In this document: positions 27,703 through 37,579 of the stretch, piece by piece
Layout of the letters: each line of letters starts with the position of its first letter
How positions within the stretch are numbered: position 1 is the first letter of the stretch
From: Clostridia bacterium
Lineage (GTDB): Bacteria; Bacillota; Clostridia; JAAYHZ01
Length of the DNA stretch: 64,000 bases
Direction of reading: 5' to 3'
Assembly (NCBI GenBank): GCA_050950825.1
Contig: JBMNIH010000006.1
Span: 160,001 to 224,000 of the forward strand
Position numbers and translations under genes: made by a program
Notes under the pieces: model-generated
What the model was told of the DNA's origin: nothing
The model's input: only the letters and a program-made list of their open reading frames with translations
Database searches by the model: none

Positions 27703-30700
27703 TTATTGTCCTTTGTACGTTTGTACGTCTTCAATGACGAATTCCGTTATGCCTTCTCTTTCAAGCTGCGGATAGTAGGTCATTTTCGTCCGGTTTTCTC
27801 CCGTGAAAGCAAATCCGGGTTCCGCGTTTCCGATGTCCGCAACGGTACGGCCGTCCTTTTCAACGATTTCCGTGATATGATAACCGGTGTAGGTTTTGTC
27901 CGGATGTTTTACGATAATGTACTTTCCTTTCAGTCCTTCGTCCGGCTTGACGTCAAGAACAAAACCGTTCCGATCGTCTCCTTCGGATTTTGCCAAAACA
28001 TCCGTTACGATACCCGTAACGGAGCGGTTTTCGGACAGAGAGGCATTGCCATAGGTTAAGACATTCGCATCGACGCCCTGAAGCAATACGACCTTCCCGT
28101 CTTGTATTCGTACATAACCGAATTGGCCTTGGAAGCGAATCCCGTCAACCGTCACATCCAAGTCTTCCTCAAAAGCGCTGAAGATATAGTCGGTAAAGCC
28201 TTCTCCCGTCACCTTAACCGCAACGTCAAATTCATGCAACCCGTTTATATTCAACCGTTCCACATTCCTTACATAAGCTTTGTATTTGTCTGAAAACGGC
28301 TCCATCAACGTTACGAAGCATGAAGTCAAATTTTCGCCTTCCCTTCTTAACACCATTTTGTCCATGGTGTAGTCGTCCGCTTGGTCGTTCAGATCATAGG
28401 CGGTGGATTTTCTCGTGGCTCTCATGGAAGGCGCTTTCCCCATCATGATTTCCCCTTCCGTGTTCGTTCCGAAAATGTTGATTCCTGCGTTTTTGCCTAC
28501 ACCCTCTTCCGTGACGGTATAGGAGATAAAGTAAGGCTCATCCTTCAAATCCGCCGCTTTTACGTCATGTACGAACATATAGGCGGTGTAGTGGCCGCCG
28601 GCATAACCGGATTCCGTCTCGCCTTTTGGCTTTACGTAAGGGGTTCCTTCGGGAAGGAGGGTTTCGTATTCTCTTTCCCATTTTATATCGGTATTCAGTT
28701 CATAGTTATAATCGGCGCACATGTTTAAGGTATATTCGTGCCGATTTCCACCTTTGACTCGGAATATATCCAGAACATAGCCTTCGGGTCCTTTTTCATT
28801 GATGGGAACATAAATCACTTCACGGTCATAGACATCCGTTTCTTTGTAGGCATTTACATCGAATGCCCGCATCACGCCTACGGTGTTATCGGAAGGGACA
28901 TAGCGTAAAGTGCTTCCTACATGCCTGCTTTGGGTATTTTTTTGGTTTACGACAACCGTGTTATGCGCAAGGGTGGACAATGTCCATGACCGGTTGTAGG
29001 TATGGGTGTATCCCAAATCCGGCAGCAGTTCCACTCCGTAGCCGAAAATATTCATATTCAAAACGTCGAAATGTTCATGTCCGTATTTCGGAACATAAGT
29101 CATCACCGCTTGGGTCACGTTGCTTTTCAAGGCGTCCGTATTTCCCGTCAAACGAGCGATGCCCGATGCGGACATCAGCACGTTTTTAAACGAATCGTTG
29201 CTTTTCTGCCCGCCGTCGGAAGCATGGGTGTCCATAATCGTAAGGTGTTTGCCGTTCGGATAGGACAAAAGGCTCGGTACGGTTTGAGACGTTCTTAATA
29301 TGGGGTACTTATCCAAGAATTTAAAGTTTTCAATACGTTCTCCCGTTCCGGGATAGATGTAGCCTTCCGGGTCCGTATATCGGGTCACCAACCCTAACAC
29401 GTTATACAATCCGGTTGTAATCTGCCTGTGGTAGGAAACGGTGACTTCCTTCCAAAAGCCGTCGAACAGATAATTGTTTTTCACGAAAGTATCCACCCGT
29501 TCCAAGGCAATGTGGATATAATCGGGATTTTCCAAAGCTTTTCCGATTCGTATCAACCCCTGCCATTGAACGTAATCCATATTGCCGTTCATGACGCCGT
29601 AGGATTCCGATAAAGCGATTCCGTCTTTGATAATGTACAGGATCTCTTCATGGAAATCGCGATTTTTTTCTTGCCCTAATTTTTCCAAAGCGTTTGTTTT
29701 CCGAACCTCGGCGTAGGCTTCGGCGATGGATGCCACCATATCAAGGTCGCCGTAAAACCACCTCGTCCAAAAACCGCCGAAGTAAGCGTAAGGAGGTCCT
29801 GCCGGCTTGGGTATCGGGTAATTGGTGTAGTAATAATCAATAGCCGGAGCGTAATTATCGTAATTTTCACAGATTTTGGCCAATACACGGGCGGCTCCCG
29901 CCGGGTCGATTTTCGCAAGCTCCGGCAAAGCGGAGACTACGTACTCTCGTTGGTGTGCCCACAGGGAGGGAGTAAAGTAACAGATGACGCCGTCTTTATC
30001 TATGTAATACGGGTATTCCACCATGTTCCCGTTTCCGTTATCAAATCGGTAAACCTCGGTCTCGGGAAACTCGGCATTTGGGTACATATCTCCGGTTTTG
30101 TTGGATTTGATTTGGTGAGGATACAGGATGTTATAGGTATACAAAGCATAGGGACGAAGGCTCGTATCTTTCGGATCCGGAATATTTTTAATACCCAAAT
30201 ACGGAGGGGTAATATCCAAAAGAAGCTTCGCTCTGTCGGTTATAGCGGAAATATCCACGTCTTTTTTTTCGGATTCCGCAGTCACCCGATTTTTAAGCTC
30301 CTTGTTCGCCGCTTCAATAAAAGCGGTTTTCTCTATGTATATGGATGTATCGTTCGGATCTCCCAAATGAATTTGGTACATGCCGGCCTCCGACACCGGC
30401 GGATGGCTGAATGTCAATACGTCCATTCCCTTGGAGCGTTTTTTCGTAAATTCAAGGTCTATCGTCTTTCCTTTCGGGTCTTTCCAAGTCAACCGGTAAT
30501 CGGACTTTTTCGAAGCTACGGCAATCTCAAGGGTATTGACACCCACACAATCTATACGGATTTCCGGTTCATCTTTTTTAAAATCCGCCGGATCCTTTGT
30601 CCATTTCATGTCCGGCATCCTGCCCTGCTCGCCTAAGAACATGTTAAAGTTCACCGCATTGTTGGAATAGTCGTTAAAATACGAATTGGCGATGGGAAAA

Positions 30701-31311
30701 TAGGATGCTGCGGCATTGGCGCCCCAGTCCACTTTTATGACGTTAAATTGCAGGCTTTCACCGTTTCCGGGGAGCTTGTTTAAAGGTACGGTAACAAAAG
30801 CTTCGTACCCGCCTTCCACGGGATTAATTTTTGTTGTCACGTCTCGAAGGTAAATGCGATCCGCATCATTGAAGTATATGTTCACCGACCACTTCTGCTC
30901 GTAAACCGTGTCAATGATATAGATAGGGCCCGTTTTACCGGCTTCCCGTATGAATATGGCATGCTGTTTGTTTTTGGATTCCGCATGCTCGTATCGGTTT
31001 TCATAAAAGAGCTTGAAATACAGGTTCTCCCGGTCTTTCAGGACTTGAAAACGATCCTCATAGTTCAAATCTTCTCCCGAGTAAAACCTTTTTGATATGC
31101 CGTAAGAAGGGATTTTATTGAACAGCTCCAAAATTTCGTCTTCCGATCCTCCCTCGGTTTCATAACCGAGAAGGGAATATCGGTAGAAAGAAACCTTTTC
31201 CCTGTATCCGAGACTTGCATCCTGAGCGGATTCCGGGCTGCAGGAAGACGTTAAAATAAACAGACCGAAAACGAAGAAGATCCCGATTCTTTTGCTTATT
31301 TTTATTTTCAT
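27703..31311 (-). CDS. Large lipoprotein with heparinase II/III-like C-terminal region
   Basis: Lipoprotein signal ending ILTSSC; DGFWKE...YH, GHEHFDVLN, ELLPDLGY, STLAHNTVVVN motifs typical of Hepar_II_III lyase-like proteins. Confidence 0.75.
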   Translation of the reverse strand: MKIKISKRIGIFFVFGLFILTSSCSPESAQDASLGYREKVSFYRYSLLGYETEGGSEDEILELFNKIPSYGISKRFYSGEDLNYEDRFQVLKDRENLYFKLFYENRYEHAESKNKQHAIFIREAGKTGPIYIIDTVYEQKWSVNIYFNDADRIYLRDVTTKINPVEGGYEAFVTVPLNKLPGNGESLQFNVIKVDWGANAAASYFPIANSYFNDYSNNAVNFNMFLGEQGRMPDMKWTKDPADFKKDEPEIRIDCVGVNTLEIAVASKKSDYRLTWKDPKGKTIDLEFTKKRSKGMDVLTFSHPPVSEAGMYQIHLGDPNDTSIYIEKTAFIEAANKELKNRVTAESEKKDVDISAITDRAKLLLDITPPYLGIKNIPDPKDTSLRPYALYTYNILYPHQIKSNKTGDMYPNAEFPETEVYRFDNGNGNMVEYPYYIDKDGVICYFTPSLWAHQREYVVSALPELAKIDPAGAARVLAKICENYDNYAPAIDYYYTNYPIPKPAGPPYAYFGGFWTRWFYGDLDMVASIAEAYAEVRKTNALEKLGQEKNRDFHEEILYIIKDGIALSESYGVMNGNMDYVQWQGLIRIGKALENPDYIHIALERVDTFVKNNYLFDGFWKEVTVSYHRQITTGLYNVLGLVTRYTDPEGYIYPGTGERIENFKFLDKYPILRTSQTVPSLLSYPNGKHLTIMDTHASDGGQKSNDSFKNVLMSASGIARLTGNTDALKSNVTQAVMTYVPKYGHEHFDVLNMNIFGYGVELLPDLGYTHTYNRSWTLSTLAHNTVVVNQKNTQSRHVGSTLRYVPSDNTVGVMRAFDVNAYKETDVYDREVIYVPINEKGPEGYVLDIFRVKGGNRHEYTLNMCADYNYELNTDIKWEREYETLLPEGTPYVKPKGETESGYAGGHYTAYMFVHDVKAADLKDEPYFISYTVTEEGVGKNAGINIFGTNTEGEIMMGKAPSMRATRKSTAYDLNDQADDYTMDKMVLRREGENLTSCFVTLMEPFSDKYKAYVRNVERLNINGLHEFDVAVKVTGEGFTDYIFSAFEEDLDVTVDGIRFQGQFGYVRIQDGKVVLLQGVDANVLTYGNASLSENRSVTGIVTDVLAKSEGDDRNGFVLDVKPDEGLKGKYIIVKHPDKTYTGYHITEIVEKDGRTVADIGNAEPGFAFTGENRTKMTYYPQLEREGITEFVIEDVQTYKGQ

Positions 31312-31347
31312 GGCTATTTCCTTTCCGTATTCGAATCCTTTTTCGTT

Positions 31348-31887
31348 TTAAAAAGCGGATTGGGCAACGGGTATATAGGTCAGCTTACCTTGGATTCGGA
31401 CACTTTCCATTAGCGTTAAGCTCTTTACTAGGTAAGGCTTCAAATTCGGCTTGATAACCTTTTTGATTTCCTCCAAATCCGTTTGAAGCTTTACCCGACG
31501 TCCTAAGGTAATGTGAGGCTTTAAAGGCTTGTCATCGCCTTGTATCCCCGCTTCAATAAGGCCTCGATCCAGCTTTTTTCTTATCTTTAATAAAGGCTCC
31601 GACTCTTTCATCCCTAACCATAAAATGTGCTCCGGTCCGGTTTTGAAGGTTCCGAAATCGGTAAACTCAAGGGTAAAAGGATCCGCCGATTCCACGGCGG
31701 CATCCATGACTTTTTTAATGACCGGTATTGCTTCTTCACCGACCTCCCCTATGAATTTCACGGTTAAATGGATGTTTTCTTTGTGTGTAAAGCTTCCCGC
31801 TTTTGTATAGGATTTAAATCTTTCTCCGTATTCAAAGATGACATCCTTTGTTTTATCGTCAAACGTAATGGCAATAAAGGTTCTCAA
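31348..31887 (-). CDS. thpR: RNA 2',3'-cyclic phosphodiesterase (2H family, LigT-like)
   Basis: MRTFIAI start and two HxT motifs (IHLTVKFIG, PHITLGR). Confidence 0.9.
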   Translation of the reverse strand: MRTFIAITFDDKTKDVIFEYGERFKSYTKAGSFTHKENIHLTVKFIGEVGEEAIPVIKKVMDAAVESADPFTLEFTDFGTFKTGPEHILWLGMKESEPLLKIRKKLDRGLIEAGIQGDDKPLKPHITLGRRVKLQTDLEEIKKVIKPNLKPYLVKSLTLMESVRIQGKLTYIPVAQSAF

Positions 31888-31900
31888 ATCATCATCTCCG

Positions 31901-33016
31901 TTATTTTATTTTAAATCGACAGAATCGAATGATTCCCAACCCGTTTTCCACACACCAAAAACTAAGCAATATGGTGCCGTCCTTGCATTTTAGCATATGA
32001 GGAGCTCCGAACTTCAGCTCTTTGAATTTCTCCGACATATTTTTCCCTTGTCCCGTGAGATTATCCTCGTCCGCCCCCCATAAAGGCGTTTGGTCGATAT
32101 TGATCCACCGGTCGCCATCCAACACGGAGAGGTTCAGCCACAAGCCCCTTTTATCCATTCTGCGATAGGCGGATAGAATTCTACCGTCTTCGATATATAT
32201 GGAAGTTAAGGTCTGCCCTTGTAATCCGGTGGACATAGCGGGACCGAAGGTTTTCCCGCCGTCATCGCTTATGGCGTAATGGTTTTCCAAATCGGCACCG
32301 GCTTCATCGTCGTAAGCCCAAGCTACGGCCAAAAGCCTTCCGGAATCCACGGGGATGATTTTGGATTCCCAAAAATAGATACGCCTTTCGGGCCTTTGCA
32401 TGACGACGGTATACTCGGGCCACGTTCTTCCTTGGTCGTAAGACAAAAAGGCTACCATTTTCAGCCCTTCGGGACAATTTCCGTCCCAGTCCGGCCAAGT
32501 GGAGGTAGGCAAAAGGCAAATGTCTTTGTAATATGTAACGGGAGAACACATTTCGAATGCAGGTCCTATTAAGGGAGGATCAAAAGGCTCGGGCTTGCTC
32601 CATGTATAGCCGTGGTCGTTGGAAAAGGACATGGCCAAGGTGACGGGAACAAATCCCAATGTGTCCGGATTGGTTAAACCGAAATCTTCACGGAAGCGAT
32701 CGTGGCGCATGATAAAGGCGGAAAGCTCCCCTGTTTTGCTTTTCGCAATTCTGCACGCTTCCGATATCGGTTTTCCCGGTTCCGGTTCGTAAAGAGGTCC
32801 TTGCAATTCCCAAGTGGCTCCGTTATCCTTGGATCGAAACAGGATGTTTCGAAGATTCACCGCTTCGAAGGCTTCGCCAACAACGGCGGCGGCTACAAAG
32901 TCCCCGTTGTCGCATTGGACAACGGAAGGAAAGTACGCTTGAACACTTTTCAGATAGGGCTTCGGATTTTTAAAAAGAATCCCGGAATGAATCATCTCAA
33001 TGAAAGACATAGCCAA
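31901..33016 (-). CDS. Sialidase-like BNR/Asp-box repeat protein (cytoplasmic)
   Basis: Four Asp-boxes (SKDNGATW, SNDHGYTW, SYDQGRTW, SDDGGKTF); no signal peptide. Confidence 0.8.
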   Translation of the reverse strand: MAMSFIEMIHSGILFKNPKPYLKSVQAYFPSVVQCDNGDFVAAAVVGEAFEAVNLRNILFRSKDNGATWELQGPLYEPEPGKPISEACRIAKSKTGELSAFIMRHDRFREDFGLTNPDTLGFVPVTLAMSFSNDHGYTWSKPEPFDPPLIGPAFEMCSPVTYYKDICLLPTSTWPDWDGNCPEGLKMVAFLSYDQGRTWPEYTVVMQRPERRIYFWESKIIPVDSGRLLAVAWAYDDEAGADLENHYAISDDGGKTFGPAMSTGLQGQTLTSIYIEDGRILSAYRRMDKRGLWLNLSVLDGDRWINIDQTPLWGADEDNLTGQGKNMSEKFKELKFGAPHMLKCKDGTILLSFWCVENGLGIIRFCRFKIK

Positions 33017-33169
33017 AGTTCTCCTTATGTCGTATATGTATATAATTATAGCATAATATTGAAAATTGAATATCCTTCATTTGGGAAATTTCTCTTGAAG
33101 GAATTGCCGACTTGCAAAAAACCCTTGCAAAAAATGACTCTGAAAAAAACAATTTATTGTGAAAATGAC

Positions 33170-33199
33170 TTGCAAAAGTTGTGAAGCATGTGGTAGAAT
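33170..33199 (+). promoter_or_regulatory. Predicted sigmaA promoter of rpmB
   Basis: TTGCAA, 18 nt spacer, TG-extended TAGAAT. Confidence 0.5.
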
Positions 33200-33286
33200 C
33201 ATTGTTGCTGTAGTTTTATAAGGTAAATCGATAAAAAATTAATGTTGTATAGACGTTAATGAGTTAGGACAGGAGGTGCAAAACGA

Positions 33287-33475
33287 ATGGCAAAATGTGA
33301 AATATGCGGCAAAGGTACATCTTTCGGGCATAATGTCAGTCACTCCGTAAGGAGAACGAAAAGAACTTTTAAAGCTAACATCAGAAACGTAAGAGTGGTT
33401 CAAAACGGGACTGCAAGAAAAATGAAAATTTGTGCTAGATGTCTTCGCTCAAACAAATTGGAAAGTGCTGTCTAA
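33287..33475 (+). CDS. rpmB: 50S ribosomal protein L28
   Basis: MAKCEICGKGTSFGHNVSHS...RTFKANI...CARCLRS; strong AGGAGGTG RBS. Confidence 0.98.
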   Translation: MAKCEICGKGTSFGHNVSHSVRRTKRTFKANIRNVRVVQNGTARKMKICARCLRSNKLESAV

Positions 33476-33503
33476 TCATAACGGAATCACGGATATTGGC
33501 AAT

Positions 33504-33537
33504 AAAATGACGGAAGGGGTCCGTCATTTTTATTTTT
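33504..33537 (+). terminator. Intrinsic terminator of rpmB
   Basis: AAAATGACGGA-AGGGG-TCCGTCATTTT followed by a T-rich tail. Confidence 0.8.
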
Positions 33538-33622
33538 CTTTATTTTTCTTAAAAAATATTGTTGCAGAATAAACGGGGAGCCTGCAAGTTCTACGTCATA
33601 TCGACTCCCCGTCATCGGACCT

Positions 33623-33697
33623 TCATCTTTTAATACGAAAGATCTTCCTTAAAATTTTACCTAAAAACTTCGGTACCTTGACTACAACAATCTTCAT
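33623..33697 (-). CDS. spoVM: Stage V sporulation protein M (24 aa)
   Basis: Below the ORF-track cutoff. Manual translation MKIVVVKVPKFLGKILRKIFRIKR with Pro9 and an amphipathic pattern; GGGGAGGG RBS; convergent with rpmB as in Bacillus subtilis. Confidence 0.88.
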   Translation of the reverse strand: MKIVVVKVPKFLGKILRKIFRIKR

Positions 33698-33789
33698 ATT
33701 GGACCCTCCCCCGGCACAATTACTTATTATATTATATGTTCCTCCCGCCATTGTGTTACTAAATTCCGAGGACGGATCTTCCGGAATAC

Positions 33790-33818
33790 AAAAAAGCGGT
33801 GGCTTCGGCTCACCGCTT
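33790..33818 (-). terminator. Intrinsic terminator of htrA
   Basis: AAGCGGTG...CACCGCTT hairpin with an A-tract on +. Confidence 0.7.
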
Positions 33819-33841
33819 CTTGCTATAACTATTATAATTTG

Positions 33842-35110
33842 TTACGTTCTTTCGTCTCCAATAATTACGTCAATATTTAGCGTTTCTTTCGTTTCGGTTC
33901 TGTACACTTCCAGCTTCATGGTATCCCCGGGGCTCTTTTGATTGATGATTTCAATCAAATCGTCGCCGCTTTTAATTTCTTTTCCATCGGCTTTTGTAAT
34001 GATATCGTTCACCTTCAAGCCCGCTCTGGCCGCCGGAGAATCCGCTACGATTTCAACGATGTAAGCGCCGATAGGCAATTTAAATTGCTTTGCCGCGGCT
34101 TCGGTGTATTGGGATGAGATGCTGACTCCCAACCACGGACGGTTCCTGCTCACGTATCCGTCCTTAATCAAAGAATCCGTGATTTCCTTCACGCGGTTGA
34201 TGGGGATTGCAAAGCCCAATCCTTCATATCCGGATGCCGTTATTTTTACCGTGTTTACACCGATTACCTGACCCTTGCTGTTTACCAAAGCTCCGCCGCT
34301 GTTACCGGGGTTGATAGCCGCATCCGTCTGAATCAGCGTATATACATTGCCTTCTTCGCTGGTCCAGCCGATATCTCTGTCCAATCCGCTGATGATACCT
34401 GCCGTTACGGAGCTTAGGAACTTCGATCCGCCGGGGTTGCCGATGGCAACGGCCAGCTCTCCTACCTTCAGGTCGTCGGAATCGCCTAACTCGGCCGCTA
34501 CCAGGTTCTTCGCTTCGATTTTAAGCAGCGCAATATCGGTCTCGCTGTCTCTGCCGACAACGGTGGCGGGATAACGTTTATCCGGTTCTCTCGACAATAT
34601 CACTTCGATTTGGGCACCGGGCAGCAGCTGGTTGCTTCTTGTGCTTAAAGATTTTTCAATGACGTGGTTGTTGGTTACCACGTATCCGTTTTCCGCGTCT
34701 ATAATGATACCGCTTCCCTCCGACCCGCTTTGCCTGCTTCCGAAGAAGAAATCATTGATACTGTACGTAGCAACGATGCCTACAACCGAAGGGCTGACTT
34801 TATCCGCAATTGCCACTACGGGAGAATCGGTAGATACGATTTCGTATTTGGTGACTACTTGATTCAAATTAGGGTTCTGTGACAAAGCAGGGGTAGTGTC
34901 CACTGTTTTTTCAGCCGTCGGGTTCACAGATGACATCGCCAAATAAGTTACACCGCTGCCGACCATGGAGCAGATAAGAGCAACAATAATAACCGTAATA
35001 ATTCCTACGCCCCTTCCGGAACGTCCTCTTTTCGTATAATAAACATTTCGGTCATCCGGAAAATCAAAATCCGAACTTGTAACTCTTCTGTTCATATCAA
35101 AATAATCCAT
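33842..35110 (-). CDS. htrA: HtrA/DegP family serine protease with one PDZ domain
   Basis: TM anchor, VTNNHV, TDIALL, IQTDAAINPGNSGG, C-terminal PDZ (SPAARAGL). Confidence 0.93.
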   Translation of the reverse strand: MDYFDMNRRVTSSDFDFPDDRNVYYTKRGRSGRGVGIITVIIVALICSMVGSGVTYLAMSSVNPTAEKTVDTTPALSQNPNLNQVVTKYEIVSTDSPVVAIADKVSPSVVGIVATYSINDFFFGSRQSGSEGSGIIIDAENGYVVTNNHVIEKSLSTRSNQLLPGAQIEVILSREPDKRYPATVVGRDSETDIALLKIEAKNLVAAELGDSDDLKVGELAVAIGNPGGSKFLSSVTAGIISGLDRDIGWTSEEGNVYTLIQTDAAINPGNSGGALVNSKGQVIGVNTVKITASGYEGLGFAIPINRVKEITDSLIKDGYVSRNRPWLGVSISSQYTEAAAKQFKLPIGAYIVEIVADSPAARAGLKVNDIITKADGKEIKSGDDLIEIINQKSPGDTMKLEVYRTETKETLNIDVIIGDERT

Positions 35111-35230
35111 ATCGATACCCCTTTCCTTTCATTCTATAGTAACAAGGTCTAACAACATTTATTGTTAACCTTATTGCCTTTTTCTTTGATTATATATTAT
35201 CCTTTATTTTTTAAACGGGTATGAATAAAA

Positions 35231-35257
35231 TGTTAACAATTGTTAAGAAATTGATAA
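35231..35257 (-). promoter_or_regulatory. Tandem direct repeats upstream of htrA (candidate OmpR-family operator)
   Basis: On minus strand: TTATCA-N5-TTAACA-N4-TTAACA. Confidence 0.45.
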
Positions 35258-35262
35258 CTTCG

Positions 35263-36801
35263 TTATTGCTTGGATAAAGCCAAGGTAAAATGGAACTTCG
35301 TACCGATACCCGGCTGGCTTTCCACGGTGATGGTTTGGTTGTGCTTTTCAATGACGTTTTTAATAATCGACAAACCCAGTCCCGTTCCGGTACCGTCCAT
35401 GCTACGGGATTTGTCTACCGTATAAAAGCGCTCCCATATGTTTTCAAGCTCGTCTTCGGGGATTCCGATACCGAAATCCTCTACCGTGATCCCGGCCAAC
35501 CCGTCTTCCACGACGGTAATGATACGGATTACTCCGTTCGGATATGAAAATTTAATGGCATTGTGCAACAGATTATATATCACACGCTCAATGGCGTTTT
35601 TGTTTGCATGAACATAAAGGAATTCACTACAGAAGCGAATGTCCAGATCAAGGTTTTTACCGACCAAAAGACTTTCCAAGGTTATGATGCATCTTCGTAT
35701 CACTTCCTGGACATCAAAATCTTCGAAGGTTATGTTTTGTCCTGCGGCATCCAAACGAGACAAAGTCAGCAAATCCGTTACCACTCCGGAAAGCCGGTCG
35801 ATTTCGTCCTTGACGATGTTTAAATAATAGGTATGTTTTTCTTCCGGAATGGTTCCGTCTAAAATCCCGTCCACAAAACCCTTGATGGTCGTCATGGGTG
35901 TTCTCAACTCGTGAGACACGTTGGAAACGAATCGTGTCCGCATGGTTTCGTTTTTCTCCAAGGCATCCACCATTTTATTAAAGTTTTCCGACAGCTCGCC
36001 GATTTCGTCCTTCGTCGTAATTTTTAATCTTTTTGTATATTCTCCCGATGCAATGATCTTGGACAAATTGTTCATTTGCCTGATGGGATCGATCAGTCTT
36101 CTTGTCATGAAATAGATTAAAATGAAGGCCAAAAGAGAGGAAATGACGATGGAAATCCAAAGGTATGCGAAGGTTTTTTCTTGGGTACGCTTGATTTGGG
36201 ATGCCGGCATATGCATGTATACCAAATAGACTTTGCTTTCATCTGAGGAACTGTCGTCGTCGATATAAAACCTTTCGCCGTAGGTCAGCCAGGTGTCTCC
36301 GATGTATTGGTAGGCTTCCAAGGAGAAGAATCCGAAAAAATCTCCCAATTCCACCAACGTACCGTCTTTGTCGTTTAGAAGCTTCATGTATTGTTCTCTT
36401 GCCGGAAGCTGTACGTATCCGTTGCTTCCCATGAAGTCTTTTTTTATTGAAGAAGGCAGATCCGGATAAGCGTAATAGATCTCCCCTTTTTCCGTGACGA
36501 TCCATACGTCCGCATTGGTGGCATTCCCGATATATTGAAGGTTGGTGCTGAACATGGTCCAAATCTGTCTTTTCAACAGCAAAGCGATGCTGAACTCCAT
36601 TTTGTCAAATTCATTGTACCATGCAAAATATTGTTCAAAGGCATCGCTCGCTTTTTCAACACCGTTTTTTAGCTTTCCGATATTTTCATTAATGAAATAT
36701 TCATTTAAGAAAAAGTACAGGATGCCGCTGACAGCGGCAAATGTAACGATGGAAATGATGGCAAAGATAGCGACGATCTTGTAGAATATACCGATTCGCA
36801 T
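35263..36801 (-). CDS. Sensor histidine kinase (HAMP-HisKA-HATPase)
   Basis: Two TM segments, DEIGELS HAMP, SHELRTP H-box, NAIKFS, DFGIGI, GTGLGL. Confidence 0.95.
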   Translation of the reverse strand: MRIGIFYKIVAIFAIISIVTFAAVSGILYFFLNEYFINENIGKLKNGVEKASDAFEQYFAWYNEFDKMEFSIALLLKRQIWTMFSTNLQYIGNATNADVWIVTEKGEIYYAYPDLPSSIKKDFMGSNGYVQLPAREQYMKLLNDKDGTLVELGDFFGFFSLEAYQYIGDTWLTYGERFYIDDDSSSDESKVYLVYMHMPASQIKRTQEKTFAYLWISIVISSLLAFILIYFMTRRLIDPIRQMNNLSKIIASGEYTKRLKITTKDEIGELSENFNKMVDALEKNETMRTRFVSNVSHELRTPMTTIKGFVDGILDGTIPEEKHTYYLNIVKDEIDRLSGVVTDLLTLSRLDAAGQNITFEDFDVQEVIRRCIITLESLLVGKNLDLDIRFCSEFLYVHANKNAIERVIYNLLHNAIKFSYPNGVIRIITVVEDGLAGITVEDFGIGIPEDELENIWERFYTVDKSRSMDGTGTGLGLSIIKNVIEKHNQTITVESQPGIGTKFHFTLALSKQ

Positions 36802-37494
36802 TTATTTTACCTCGAATTTATAGCCTACTCCCCACACCGTTTTTAATCCCCAGGAGCCGCCGGCACCCTCAAGTTTTTCTCTCAATCTTTTTACATGAAC
36901 ATCCACGGTTCTCGAATCTCCGAAAAAGTCAAAGCCCCAAACATGCTCCAGCAATTGTTCTCGGGTAAACACCTTATTCGGGTTGGACGCCAGAAAATAC
37001 AACAGCTCCAACTCCTTCGGAGGCATATCTACTTCTTTTCCCCGGATTTGAACCGTGTAATTGGTTTTGTTGATGACCAAGCCGGGATATACCACTTCCT
37101 CCTCGGCAATGCTGTGTACGCCTTCGAATCGCCTCAGAACCGCTTTCACCCTTACGGAAAGCTCCTTCGGGTCGAAGGGCTTGACCACATAATCGTCGGC
37201 ACCAAGGCGGAATCCCACCACCTTGTCCACCGTTTCTCCTTTTGCAGACAGCATGATTACCGGGATGTTGCTGATGTTCCGAATTAAACGCAGCACTTCG
37301 AATCCGTCGATACCGGGAAGCATAATATCCAATATGACGAGATTAGGTGTAAATGCTTTGAACTTCTCGATGGCTTCCGAGCCTTTGTTGCAGGTTTCCA
37401 CAATGTAGCCTTCCTTTTCCAGGTACAGTCGAACAAGCTCGCAAATATTTACATCATCGTCTACTATTAATATACGGGATTTCGTATTCATCAT
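36802..37494 (-). CDS. OmpR-family response regulator
   Basis: LIVDDD, LDIMLP, GADDYVVKPF, winged helix SRTVDVHVKRLR, TVWGVGY. Confidence 0.95.
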   Translation of the reverse strand: MMNTKSRILIVDDDVNICELVRLYLEKEGYIVETCNKGSEAIEKFKAFTPNLVILDIMLPGIDGFEVLRLIRNISNIPVIMLSAKGETVDKVVGFRLGADDYVVKPFDPKELSVRVKAVLRRFEGVHSIAEEEVVYPGLVINKTNYTVQIRGKEVDMPPKELELLYFLASNPNKVFTREQLLEHVWGFDFFGDSRTVDVHVKRLREKLEGAGGSWGLKTVWGVGYKFEVK

Positions 37495-37579
37495 AACAAC
37501 ACTCCTGCTTCTTACGGTATTCGAACCTTACATCGGGCTACTTTGTTTGTACAACCGGTTAAATCCGTTGATGCTCTTC

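Noticed and set aside
33111-33177. Three copies of CTTGCAAAA upstream of rpmB
   Set aside because: Irregular spacing in an AT-rich promoter region, and one copy is simply the -35; not a CRISPR or iteron array.
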